Both the position numbers and the translations under genes were made by a program. The notes below the pieces were generated by a model. The model was not told where the DNA came from, did no database searches, and saw only the letters and a list, made by a program, of their open reading frames with translations. Below, piece after piece: positions 38,701 to 49,769 of a stretch of 64,000 nucleotides of DNA. The stretch is from Mobula hypostoma. Its lineage: Eukaryota. The stretch covers positions 6,326,001 to 6,390,000 of the forward strand of contig NC_086101.1 in the NCBI RefSeq assembly GCF_963921235.1, in the 5' to 3' direction. Each line of letters begins with the position of its first letter. Position 1 is the first letter of the stretch.

Positions 38701-41700
38701 ACAATGGTATTTTAGAACAACCCGAGTCACTACATTGTCATTGGCTTATTTTTTTTTTTGTCCCTGTCATTTAAATAAACAAATTTTAATTCCTCAGTGG
38801 CTGTGGCTCGTTTCAACCCCACTTCATGGGGTATTTTGCAGTGTGTGTGGCTTCAGGATGTAGTGGTTCACCTAAAAGCCCGTGTACTTGGTTTATTCTG
38901 CTGCTCGGTTGGTGAGCTCAGGGATCTGACTTCAGCAGCTGACTATATGAAATTGATGCTGCCCAGGGAAAAAGCTTCAATTCCCCCATCAGTGAATTCA
39001 ATTTTTGGCTCAGTTTAAAAGGACTCTGTATGAGACTTACCCCGCTTTATGGCATCAAACATTTCACTCCACACTGTGTACAATACAGGTTGATCGAATT
39101 TCTCAATTGGCAGCGTGCCGCCTGTCACGGACAATAACTGATTCTCATCACTAATCCTGCAAATTTTAAACAGTTGGTTATTAACCAAACAGCAACAATC
39201 CATGACACATTTTATAAAAACCAGCAGAGTTTCAGCAAAGAGTGGGTCCTACCTCCTCTTCCGATCAGCGTTGTCCTGAAATAAATAAAACACAGATACG
39301 AATTAGCTGAGATTGACCATCTGCATGCAGCCCGAGAGCAGGCATTTCATCCAAGTGATTACAGATGCTAAAAAAGTTCCAACTCTCACTCCTACAGGCA
39401 CAGGGACCAAATGATAACATTACAGATTTGACAAAGAACAACAGGAGAAAGTACAAGGAATGTTTCTGAAAATTATACTTCTACTGAGTGGGTGAAAAGT
39501 TCAAGAAAGTTTGAAAAGGATCAACATTTTGATAAAATGTCAGTAATGATGAGATTGAAGAGTTTAACATTATCAATGGACATGATAGGGGTGGTGTGGA
39601 GAATATATCTGGTAAAGTACAGTATCTCCTTCAGAGAGGACAGCATAAGGCAAATATAAAATGTAAGATGGACTTTAATAAATCCTATGAGATATTCAGC
39701 AATGAAAATGTGAAATTTGCCGCCATTGTTGCTGAAGCAGACAGCAGAGATGAAATATAATGTGGAAGGTGAATGAAGACATTGAGTTGGGGAGATGGTT
39801 GATGGGTGTGCTGACCAGGTGGGAGGAGGCTTGTGCAGGGTAGGAAAACTGATGAGAGATGATGGACTAAATAGCCTGCTGTGATATGGTAAGGGATGGA
39901 ATCCCACGAGGAACATATCTGACAGAATATGTTTATCTTCTGGAATTTATCCTCATTCCTACTGGTCGATTAAAAGACCTTCATACCCACCGCTGCTGTT
40001 CCCTCACTATAGCCGCGCAGGAACTGAAATGCTCCCACTCTCAAACTCCAATACAGCTGGTATTTTCCTTCATAATTTGAAATCTATGTTAATATCATTG
40101 TAAAATATCTTGTAATTAATCATGTGGTATATAAAAGAAAGTACTAGCTGCGTAGTAACAAAGACTACGTGCACGGGAGCATTTCAGTTTATGCACAGCT
40201 GTGCAGCTAAGAGGGGACAATGCACAGCACCAGTCACACTCAGAGTGTGTGATTTTAATTGGATTTTAATACGAGTTTTCAGGGATACTATATGTGGGAA
40301 TCACAGAAACGATCACCAGCTCAGGACTATGATCAGAGTAACTCATTCCTGAGAAGGTTGCAGACTGTCCTGTGATGTACAGATGTTGTACAAGGCCCAT
40401 TTGGAGACAACAGTCCTGAACAGTGAAAACATCTAGTTGAAATCAGTTTAATTGCAGAAATACTGTATTTATCTCAAATATGCTACTCCCCATTTTGTGA
40501 CAGTGCACTTCTATTGATTCAAATTTTACATGTAATTCCACACCTTCAGAAATGTTATACTGTCTTCTTGATCCAACTGTTCCTGTAACTTTGAGATTTC
40601 CTCCTGAATTAACTTTAAATCCTCTTGAATCTTGTGAAGATTTTTCTCCATCGGGTGTAGAATCCTCGCCTCTTCTTCCCTGACATTTTGGAGTACCTGT
40701 TGCTCTTTCTGGGTGAGAATCTGGTGCAGTTCAGCAAACTGGGACGTGATCTCTGACTGAAGGCCGTGTGACTGTTCCTGTCAAATCAAAGGCGAGGGTT
40801 AACATGTTATGTTACTAAGTTGTATTTCCCACCCCGCCACATGCAAAAATGCCATTCCCTATTCCCAGTTCCTCCGTCTCCGCCGCATCTGCTCCGAGGA
40901 TGAGGTTTTCTGTTCCAGGACATCTCAAATGTCCTCTTTCTTTAAGGATCGTGGTTTCCCTTCTGCTGTCATCAATGATGCCCTCACCTGCATCTCCTCC
41001 ATTTCCCACACTTTGGCTCTCACCCCATCCTCCCACAACCACAACAGGGACAGAGTTCTCCTTGTCCTCACCTACCACCCCACCAGCCTCTGGATCCAGC
41101 ACATTATCCTCCACAACTTCCACCACCTTCAACAGGATTCCACCACTAAGCACATCTTTCCCTCTCCGTCCCTCTCCACCTTCCACAGGGATCGGTTCCT
41201 CCGCGACTCCCTGGTCCACAGGTCCCTCCCCACGGATCTCCCACATGACACTTATCCCTGTAAGTGTAAGTGCTACACCTGTCCCTACACCTCCTCTCTT
41301 GCCACCATTCAGGGCCCCAAACAGTACTTCCAAGTGAGGCAACACTTCACTTCTGAGTCTGTTGGGGTCATCTATTGCATCTGGTACTCCCGGTGCGGCC
41401 TCTTCTACATCGGTGAAACCCGATGCAGATTGGGGGCTGCTTCGTCGAGCACCTCTGCTCTGTCTGCCAAAACAGACAGGATCTCCCAGTAGCCACCCAC
41501 TTCAGCTCTGCTTCCCACTCCCATTCAGATGTGTCCATACATGGCCTCTTCTACTGCCATGATGAGGCTAAGCTCAGGTTGGAGGAGCAACACCTCATAT
41601 ATTGTCCAGGTAATCTCCAGCCCCTGGTATGGACATAGAATTCTCCAACTTCCGGTAATTCCCTCCCCCTCCCTTCCCCTATCCCTATGTCACTCTGTCC

Positions 41701-42696
41701 CTCCCCCAGCTGCCTATCACCTCCCTCTTGGTTCCGCCTCCTTCTACTACCCATTGTGTTTTCCCCTATTCTTTCTTCACCTTTCCTGCCTATCACCTCC
41801 CTGCCTCCCTTCTCCAACCCTTTATCTTTCCCCTTACTGGTTTTTCACCTGGAATCTACCAGCCTTCTTCTTCCCACCCTCCCCCACCTTCTTATAGGGC
41901 CTCTGCCCCTTCCCTCTACAGTCCTGACGAAGGGTTCCGGCCCGAAACGTCGACCGATCTTTTCCACGGATGCTGCCCGACCTGCTGAGTTCCTCCTTGT
42001 ATGAGTAAGCCTAGGTAAGGACATGTCCGGCACAGCTTTGTGGGCCAAAGGGCCTGTACTGAGCTGAAGGTTTTCTATGTTTCTAATACGATGAAGGATC
42101 GGAAAGTCTCACCCGAACTCCAGAAATCTTCTCTTTCTGTTGCCACTCCATTTCCTGAATGTCAGATTTCTTTTTTGTGAGAGAGTCTAAGGAAGATTTA
42201 ACCTTATCCTGGGAAACAGAGAGTAAAGATGTTAGACAATAAAGATGCGACAAAGTAAACAGGCGATCAATCGGTTGATTTTTACCTTGTAAATTTTCAC
42301 AGCTTCTTTAATCGGCAGGAAGCGGTGGTCTCTGTGTTCCTGCGCATCTCTACAGATCACACAGAGCAGCTTCTTGTCCGTCTCACAAAACAGCTTCAGT
42401 TCTTCCTCGTGTTCCTCGCAGTGAAGTTTACTTTCCTTCTCTTTCGGATCCATGTTTAGTTTTCGAGCTTTCTCAGACAGATTTGCTAAGGCCCGATTCA
42501 CCTTGAGGGTGCGGCTCGCAAACACCTCTCTACATTCCGGGCAGGAGTTTCTCTCCGCAGTTTCCCAATACCGTGTGATACAGTAGCGGCAGAAGTTGTG
42601 TCCACACTCCAGTATAACCGGGTCGGTGAAGAAATTCAGGCAGATGGAGCAAATTACCTCCTCAGTTAAACTCTCGACCTGGCCTTTCGAAGCCAT
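29266..42696 (-). CDS. TRIM-B: intact E3 ubiquitin ligase, RING-Bbox-coiled coil-B30.2 (TRIM27/TRIM39/zinc-binding protein A33-like), 470 aa, 6 exons
   Basis: Exons 42696-42286, 42208-42113, 40777-40544, 39275-39253, 39156-39041, 29798-29266; all GT-AG with consistent phases; 1413 nt with no internal stop. Confidence 0.92.
30120..30650 (+). mobile_element. Penelope-like 3' fragment
   Basis: [12 protein letters not shown], a pyrimidine tract and a degenerate hammerhead at ~30555. Confidence 0.8.
31113..31325 (-). mobile_element. CR1 3' end
   Basis: (gaacata)n tail; matches 2430-2625. Confidence 0.85.
32043..35645 (-). mobile_element. CR1 LINE of a third subfamily (part of ORF1 esterase, APE, RT) in TRIM-B intron 5
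   Basis: [47 protein letters not shown]; (catataac)n tail. Confidence 0.93.
36235..37926 (+). mobile_element. Tc1-like DNA transposon, decayed, with a Penelope fragment inserted (~37160-37295)
   Basis: TIRs cagtgcctaaaaaagtattcagcccc / gggggttgaatacttttacaaggcaccg followed by [12 protein letters not shown] and FQQDKDPKH. Confidence 0.9.
37950..38312 (-). mobile_element. CR1 3' end (young subfamily, as 14256-16085)
   Basis: Nearly identical to 15730-16085; (gaaacata)n tail. Confidence 0.9.
39041..39156 (-). CDS. TRIM-B exon 5
   Basis: tgcag|[12 protein letters not shown]...AIKR G|gtaagt; 116 nt. Confidence 0.9.
39253..39275 (-). CDS. TRIM-B exon 4 (23 nt)
   Basis: tatttcag|GACAACGCTGATCGGAAGAGGAG|gtagga. 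Confidence 0.88.
39993..40223. mobile_element. MITE-like non-autonomous DNA element
   Basis: Imperfect TIRs (tgttccctc / gaggggaca) and sub-terminal inverted repeat aactgaaatgctccc / gggagcatttcagtt; absent from the paralogous TRIM-A intron near 20045. Confidence 0.6.
40544..40777 (-). CDS. TRIM-B exon 3 (coiled coil)
   Basis: gacag|[19 protein letters not shown]...ITFLK|gtgtgg; 234 nt. Confidence 0.9.
40825..42005 (+). mobile_element. Penelope-like element in TRIM-B intron 2
   Basis: [20 protein letters not shown] and [17 protein letters not shown]. Confidence 0.92.
41919..41956 (+). ncRNA. Minimal type I hammerhead ribozyme (core intact)
   Basis: CAGTC-CTGACGA-A-GGGT(tccg)GCCC-GAAAC-GTC/GACCG; predicted cleavage after 41951. 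Confidence 0.72.
42113..42208 (-). CDS. TRIM-B exon 2 (96 nt)
   Basis: cccag|[14 protein letters not shown]...ISGVR|gtgaga. Confidence 0.9.
42286..42696 (-). CDS. TRIM-B exon 1 (RING + B-box2)
   Basis: CSIC..CGHNFC..C..CPEC; CEEH..LFC..D..LLCVIC...EHRDH; donor AAG|gtaaaa. Confidence 0.93.
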
Positions 42697-42707
42697 ATTA
42701 ACTCTCC

Positions 42708-42736
42708 ACTTCCTGGTTCAGGATCCTTTCACTTTC
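42708..42736 (-). promoter_or_regulatory. IRF-E/ISRE (GAAAGTGAAAG) plus ETS core (CAGGAAGT) just upstream of the TRIM-B ATG
   Basis: ctttcactttc at 42726-42736 and acttcctg at 42708-42715; IRF motif conserved in TRIM-C. Confidence 0.7.
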
Positions 42737-42774
42737 GGGAGCTGCTGAAGCCCTGCAGTACCGCGATTGTCCAT

Positions 42775-43660
42775 TGTATAACAGTTCAAAGTTCAAAATA
42801 AATTTATTATCAAAGTACCCATATATCACCGTCTACTACCCTGAGATTCATTTTCTTGTGGGCATACTCAATAAATCCACAATAGAATAAAACCTGTAAT
42901 AGAATCAAAGAAAGACAGCACCAAATTGATCAACCAGAGTGCAAAATACAAGAAGCTGCAAATGCAAAGAGAGAGAACCAGTAATAATAAACAAACCATC
43001 GAGAACATGTGATGAAGATTCCTTGAATTTGAGTCCGTAGGTTGTCGGAATTGCTCAGTGTTGGAGCAAATGAACTGATCCCCCCGGTTCAAGGCTCAGA
43101 AGGTTGAGGGGTAATAACTGTTCCTGAACCTGGTGGTGTGAGCTCTGAGAATCCTGTACCTTCTTCTGATGACAGCAGCCAGAAGAGAGCATATCCTGGG
43201 TGGTGGGGGTCCCCGATGATGAATGCTGCTCTCCTACGACAACGCTTCACGTAGATGTGCTCAATGGAGGGGAGGGGTTTACCCGAGTGGGACTGGGGCC
43301 GTATCCAGTACTTTTTGTAGGACTTTCCATTGCAGACGTTTGGTGTCTGCATACCAGCTGTCAATAAGCTCTCCACTAGAAGCCTGTCAAAGTTTTAGGT
43401 GTCGTGTCCAATTTTCTCAAACTCCTAAGGAGGTAAATAAACTCTCAATTGTATGCACTTGCTGGGTCCCGCACAGGTCTTTCCATATAATAACACCGAG
43501 GAATTAAAAGCTGCTGACTCTCCCCAGCCCTAATCCACTGATGAGAACTGTTTCATGCCCCCTGGATTCCTCTCCTGAAGTCAATAATCAGCTCCTTGGT
43601 CTTGCTGACATTGAATGAGCGGTTGATACTGTGGCACCACTCAGCCAGATTTTCAGTCTT
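42775..43660 (-). mobile_element. Rex1/Babar LINE 3' portion
   Basis: ENLAEWC...FNVSKTKELIIDFRR and LPSIEHIY...HHPGYALF; tail abuts the TRIM-B promoter. Confidence 0.8.
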
Positions 43661-44583
43661 CCCGGCTGGTGTTCCAGCTTTTTCCTGGGGTGTAGCTCCT
43701 GATCTCAGTTTTCTCTCGTAGTCCGCTCGCTCTCTGTTCCAAACTCCGGCCTGCGTCGCACCCACTGGTCTATGGAACAGCAATCGCTGATCGGCTATGA
43801 GTGTGACTGCCTCCGGGAGCTGGAGTGGTCAATCTGATGGAAGCGGCGTGTCACGGAAATTTCTCCGCAACTGCTTTGTTCATCGCCCTCTACGTATGAA
43901 CCCTGCATTCGTGAACTTGGTCATAGTTCTTCCAGACCAACACCTTTGACCACAGTTTCATCAGGGAGTGGTCAGCACGGAATGCCCTGGATGGGCATGG
44001 TGGCAGCCGACTGGCAGAATCACACACACAAAGGGCTGAAGGAACTCAGCAGGTCAGGCAGTAGTGTTTGGCCAACGGGAAGTCCCGCTTGCGCCAGATG
44101 GTGCTGAGCTGCGTGACGAAGTGGTCCCCCAATTCACGACTAATCTTACTAAGGTAGAGGAGGCGGCACCGGGAGCACCGGACACAACAGACGACACCAG
44201 CATATTCGCAGCTGGAAAGAGTTGCTTGGGGCCCTCAGTGGAGGTGGAGGTGAGGGAGGAGGTGTAGGGGCAGCTGTAGCATTCAGGCCACTTGAGGGAT
44301 AGGTGCCTGGAGGGAGATTGGTGCAGTTTCTTCACTCCCTGCAGTCTCTTGAGTCTCCCTTTTCAGAACTTGTCCCTTTCAGTCCTACTTTAGATTGAGT
44401 CAGGCTGTCCTCTCCGGCTTCATTTATATTCAGACTTGTTTAATGTGTTTCTAATCCCACCCTGATGTGGGAATGGCCGCGATCCCTGCCCACTGAACAC
44501 TTCTGACAAGATAACGATCATTCCCTGAGACTGCAGCGCCCCTAGAGGACAACCGCGGTACTGCAGGGGTCCAGCAGCTCCCC

Positions 44584-44594
44584 GAAAGTGAAAG
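44584..44594 (+). promoter_or_regulatory. IRF-E/ISRE upstream of TRIM-C
   Basis: GAAAGTGAAAG ending about 30 nt before the ATG at 44626. Confidence 0.65.
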
Positions 44595-45049
44595 GTTTCT
44601 GAGTCAGGACGCTTCAGGAGTTAACATGGCTTCGAAAGGCCAGGTCGAACGTTTAACCGGAGTGGCAATTTGTCCCATCTGCCTCGATTTCTTCACCAAT
44701 CCGATGTTTTTGGGGTGTGGACACAACTTCTGCCACTCCTGTATTAGGAAAAGGAGGAGAGAAACTCCTGCCCGGAATGTAGAGAGGAGTAGGCAGACCG
44801 CACCCTTAGGATCAATCGGGCCTTAGCAAGTCTGTCAGAGAAGTTTCAAGAACTAAACCTGAATCCGAAAGGGAACGAAAGTAAACCTCACTGCAAAGAA
44901 CATGAGGAAGAACTGAGGCTGTTTTGTGAAACCGACAAGAAACTGCTCTGTCTGATCTGCAGAGGTGCGCGGGAACACAGAGAGCACCGCTTCCTGCCGT
45001 TACAAGAAGCTGTAGAAATCTACAAAATAACTCAAACTTGATACTCATA

Positions 45050-45625
45050 CTCAGCCCATTATCCCTTGTCCTAACTACCACCACATGAGCCTCCACAACC
45101 AAGATATCATTCTCTGCAACTTCCGCCATCTTCAACGATTCTACCCCCTCATAGAAGCCACACACACACACAACACTCCGCTCTCTGTAGGGACCGCTCT
45201 CCACAAAACTCCTTTATTCACTCATTTACTGCTCCCTGATCCCCGTCCTGACACTTATACCTGCAAACAGGACAAGTGCTACACCTGCCTCCACAACATC
45301 CTCCTTCGTCACGATTCAGGGCCCCAACAAGCCTTGATTCCCTCTGTTTCTTCCATAGTCGATTGTCCTCTCGATTCTCTCTTCTTCAGCTGTTCACCTC
45401 TTCAACCTGCCCTTCTCAGCTTCTTACTTTATCACCCTCCCCCACGTTCCCACTCACGTTGTCTCACCTGTCACCTGCCAGATGGTACTCATCGCCAGAC
45501 TTTTTATTCTGGCTTCTGCCCAATTCCTTCCCAGTCCTAATGAAGGTCTCATATTGAAACGTTACCTGTTTATTTCCCTTCCATCGCTGCTGCCCGACTC
45601 ACTGAGTTCCTCCAGCATGTTGTGC
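45050..45625 (+). mobile_element. Old Penelope-like fragment in TRIM-C intron 1
   Basis: IPLVLT..H, IILCNFRHLQ, TY.CKQDKCYTC; degenerate hammerhead at ~45535. Confidence 0.75.
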
Positions 45626-47080
45626 GATAATTCTTTTATTTCACCTGTTTGTTTTGTAGCTTTTTTTCTATTTCATTCACTTTCTGACTTCCAGGATCAG
45701 GTTAAATCTTCCTTAGCCTCTCTCACAAAAAAAGAAATCAGACTTCCAGGGAAAGAAGCAGCAACAGAAAGAGAAAAAATCCGGAGTTCGGGTGGGGCAT
45801 TCTGCACAGAATTTCCAATGTTGCTGTGTAGTTTTGCACCTTTTGATGCAGAATAGCAGAGTATCGGTTCCAGTGGCCTGGGTCCAATTCTGACCTTCTG
45901 AGGCTGTCTGCGTGGAATTTGTATGTTCTCCCTGTGACCACAACAGTGTTAGCCACATTCCAAGGACATGCTGGATAATTACTATTAACCCTGTGGATGT
46001 GGGGTTGGGTGTATGTGAATCGGTTTGGAGTTAATGAGTCAATGAAGTTTCAGGAAATGTGAGCAAATGGGTTTGCTCCTAGAACTAGCATGGATTTAAA
46101 TTGCCTGAATGGTCACCTGATGTCATAAGGAAATACAGCACAGCAATACAGTAAATTAATCTTCACCTTTGATTTGACAGAAAGGGTCACACAGCCGTCA
46201 GTTTCACATCACATCCCATTTTGCTGAATTGCACCAGATTCTCACTGAGAAAGAACAGCACGCACTCCGAGATCTCAGGGAAGAAAAAGAGAGGATTCTA
46301 AATCCAATGGAGAAAAATCTTTGAGAGATTGAAGAGAATTTAAATTCTATGAATAAGGAAATTTCAAAGTTACAGGAACAGGTGGATCAAAAAGACCATA
46401 TAACAATTACAGCATGGAAACAGGCCATCTCAGCCCTTCTAGACAGTGTGATATTTCTCAAGGTGAGGGACTATGTTTGAATTTGTTTCTGTCAAAGGGC
46501 ATCAATGAACAGTTTACAAATGGTGGTAAACTGATTTTTTACCAGACAGGTGATGCAACTATTCAGCACTGCTGTGGCAAAACTGGATTCCCACAACTTC
46601 CATACATCTCAGGAAAAAATTATTTCCTCTGATCATAACATAGAGCTGCTGATGGTTCCTTCATTGTTTTTTTTTCAAATATATAAATGGTAAAAGAGGC
46701 AAGATTAGATATCAGACTGAAGAGTCCTGATGAAGGGTCTCAGCCTGAAACGCTGACTGTACTCTTTTCTATAGATACTGCTTGGCCTGCTGAGTTCCTC
46801 CAGCATGTTGTGTGTGGGGCTCCTTGGATTCCAGAATCTGCAGATTTTCTCTCGTTTGTGTCTTAAACAGAGTGATTGTATCTGATTCCCTCACCTCCTC
46901 TGGCAGCAAGTTCCAACATCAACCACTCACTGTTCAAATAAATTCACCTTTGAACTCCTTCCTCTCACCTCAGACATGTGACCTCTTGTATTTGATCCCC
47001 CCTCCTGTGGGAAGAAGATTTCAACCATCTGCTCAATCTACACCCTCATAACCTTATATATTTCTGTCAGATCACCCCAT

Positions 47081-47780
47081 AGTCATAGTCATACTTTATT
47101 GATCCAAGGGGGAAATTGGTTTTTGTTACAGTTGCACCATAAATAATAAATAGTAATAAAACCATAAATAGTTAAATAGTAATATGTAAATTATGCCAGT
47201 AAATTATGAAATAAATCCAGAACCAGCCTATCGGCTCAGGGTGTCTGACCCTCCAAGGGAGGAGTTGTAAAGTTTGATGGCCACAGGCAGGAATGACTTC
47301 CTATGACGCTCTGTGTTGCATCTCGGAGGAATGAGTCTCTGGCTGAATGTACTCCTGTGCCCACCCAGTACATTATGTAGTGGATGGGAGACATTGACCA
47401 AGATGGCATGCAACTTGGACAGCATCCTCTTTTGAGACACCACCGTGAGAGAATCCAGTTACATCCCCACAACATCACTGGCCTTATGAATGAGTTTGTT
47501 GATCCTGTTGGTGTCTGCTACCCTCAGCCTGCTGCCCCAGCACACAGCAGCAAACATGATCACACTGGCCACCACAGACTCGTAGAACATCCTCAGCATC
47601 GTCCGGCAGATGTTAAAGGACCTCAATCTCCTCAGGAAATAGAGACGGCTCTGACCCTTCTTGTAGACAGCCTCAGTGTTCTTTGACCAGTCCAGTTTAT
47701 TGTCAATTCGTATCCCCAGGTATTTGTAATCCTCCACCATGTCCACACTGACCTCCTGGATGGAAACAGGGGTCACCGGT
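47081..47780 (-). mobile_element. Younger Rex1 LINE 3' end
   Basis: YKYLGIRIDNKLDWSKNTEAVYKKGQSRLYFLRRLRSF; (catagt)n tail. Confidence 0.88.
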
Positions 47781-47784
47781 ATCC

Positions 47785-48140
47785 CTACCTAGCTTGGAGT
47801 GGCTGACGGCCACTCAGCTGGCCCGGGAAACAGCTGAATCCATACTGAAAAGACTACTCCAACGAGTGGCAACAAGGCTCTATGAAGCGGTGGTCCTCCA
47901 ACCAGGCCTAGAGATCACAAATGGCTTCACTAGCCTTCCATCAGCAGACTGCTCCAAGGGGAACTTACAAGACAAACCAACCACCCACACTCAACCCCAA
48001 GGCTACTTATATCCCAAGCCCCAAGATGGGAATCAGGTGCCTATGCTTAACTCAATCAAATGTGCTGGAAGACCCGGAGTCCTGAGTCCACGGACCGGAC
48101 CGTGAACCGGAATGTGGATTTCATGGACCGGACCATGACA
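47785..48140 (-). mobile_element. Partial LTR (Gypsy-like)
   Basis: Minus strand begins TGTCATGG and has short internal repeats, cacctg and a TATA-like atataag. Confidence 0.45.
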
Positions 48141-49324
48141 GCAGGGAAATGCCTGGGAAGTACAGACCAGTGAGCCTAACATTGGTGGTGGGGGCGTTAA
48201 TGGAGGGGATTCTGAGAGACACAGGATCCACGTGTATTTAGAAGGGCAAAGACTGATGAGGGATAGTTAGCATGGCTTTCTGGCTGGAATATATTGTCTC
48301 ATGAATTTGGTTGATACAGATGATGTAACTGGACTAGCCATTGTCTACAGGGACTTTAACAAGGTGTTTGACAAGGTAGTTCCTGGAATGGTATTCCGGT
48401 GAGTTTGATCACATGGGATCCAGTACGATCTAGCAAATTGGATGCATAATTGGCTGGCTGGGAGGAGGCAGTGTGTTGTGGTGGAGGGTTCGTTTTTAGA
48501 CTGGAGGCCTGTGCCTTGCAGGTGTGCCTTAGGGATCCACTATTGTGTGTCATTCATATTAGTGATTATGATGAGATTGTAGGTGGCATGGCTTGTACAT
48601 TTGTGGATGACACTGAAATTGGTGGTATAGCGAACAGTGTAGAGGGTTATCTCAAGTTAAAATGGGCCCTTAATCAACTAGGACAGTGGGCTGTGAAATG
48701 GCAAATGAAGTTTAATTCAGAGAAAAGCGTGGTGTTGTATTTGCAAAGCCAAACACAGCTTACACAACAATCGTACCACTCTGGAGAGTGTTGAGGAATG
48801 GAGCAATGGGATGGAGGATGGGGGGAGTGGAGGAGTGCTTGTCTTTATCGGTCAGAATACTTAGTACAGGAGCTGGGACTTCCTGTTCCATGTGTACAAG
48901 GTGTTGGTCCGGCCATATTTGGAGCAGTGTGTACGGTTCTGGGTACCTTGCTACAGGAGGGATGTCATTCAACTGGAGAGGGTGCAAACCTGATTTACGA
49001 AGATGTAAATCCTTTACAAAGGGTTTCGACCCAAAATGTTGACTGTTTCTTTTCCATAGATGCTGCTTGGCCTGCTGAGTTCCTCCAGCATTTTGTGCGT
49101 GTTGCTCGGATTTCCAGCATCTGCAGATTTTCTCTTTTTTATAAGGATGCTACTGGGGCTGGAGAGTTTGGGCTATAAGTGGAAGTGGAATAGGCTGGGA
49201 TTTTCTTCCTGAAGCTTGGAGGCTGACAGAGGAGGCTGTAGAGGTGGGTATTGTGACAATGTTTTAAAATCCATGTGGGCAGGTACCTGGATGAGAAAGT
49301 TGTAAAGGAATAATGTATGTAAGC

Positions 49325-49577
49325 AGTTATTTATTTATTTAGAGATGCAGTGTGGAATAGGCCCTCCCAGTCCAGTGAGCTGCACCGCCCAGGGACCCAG
49401 GTGTTTAACATTAGCATAATCACGGGACAATTGAGAATGGCCAGTCAAACTCCTAACACGTCCTTTGGAGGAAACCCACATGTTGACAGGGAGAACGTAC
49501 ACACAGCGCCAGAAAGGGACATCGAACTCCAAATGCCCTGAGGAATAATATCTTGGTGCTCACCACTATGCTACCAG
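49325..49577 (-). mobile_element. tRNA-derived SINE with CR1-like tail
   Basis: A box tagcatagtgg, B box gagttcgatgtcc, (taaa)n tail. Confidence 0.65.
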
Positions 49578-49769
49578 GCAAATGGGATTAGCATTTTAAA
49601 GCAAGTTGGCCGGGTGGAACGAGTTGGGCGAAGAGCCATTCTGACCTCCTCTTTAAATTCCCCCAATATTCAGTGACCCTCATCCCCATCTGTATCCCAT
49701 TCGACTCTTTCACCACACAGGTTTCTACTGGATATCTACCCTCTTTCTTACCATCCCTGAGGAAAGATC

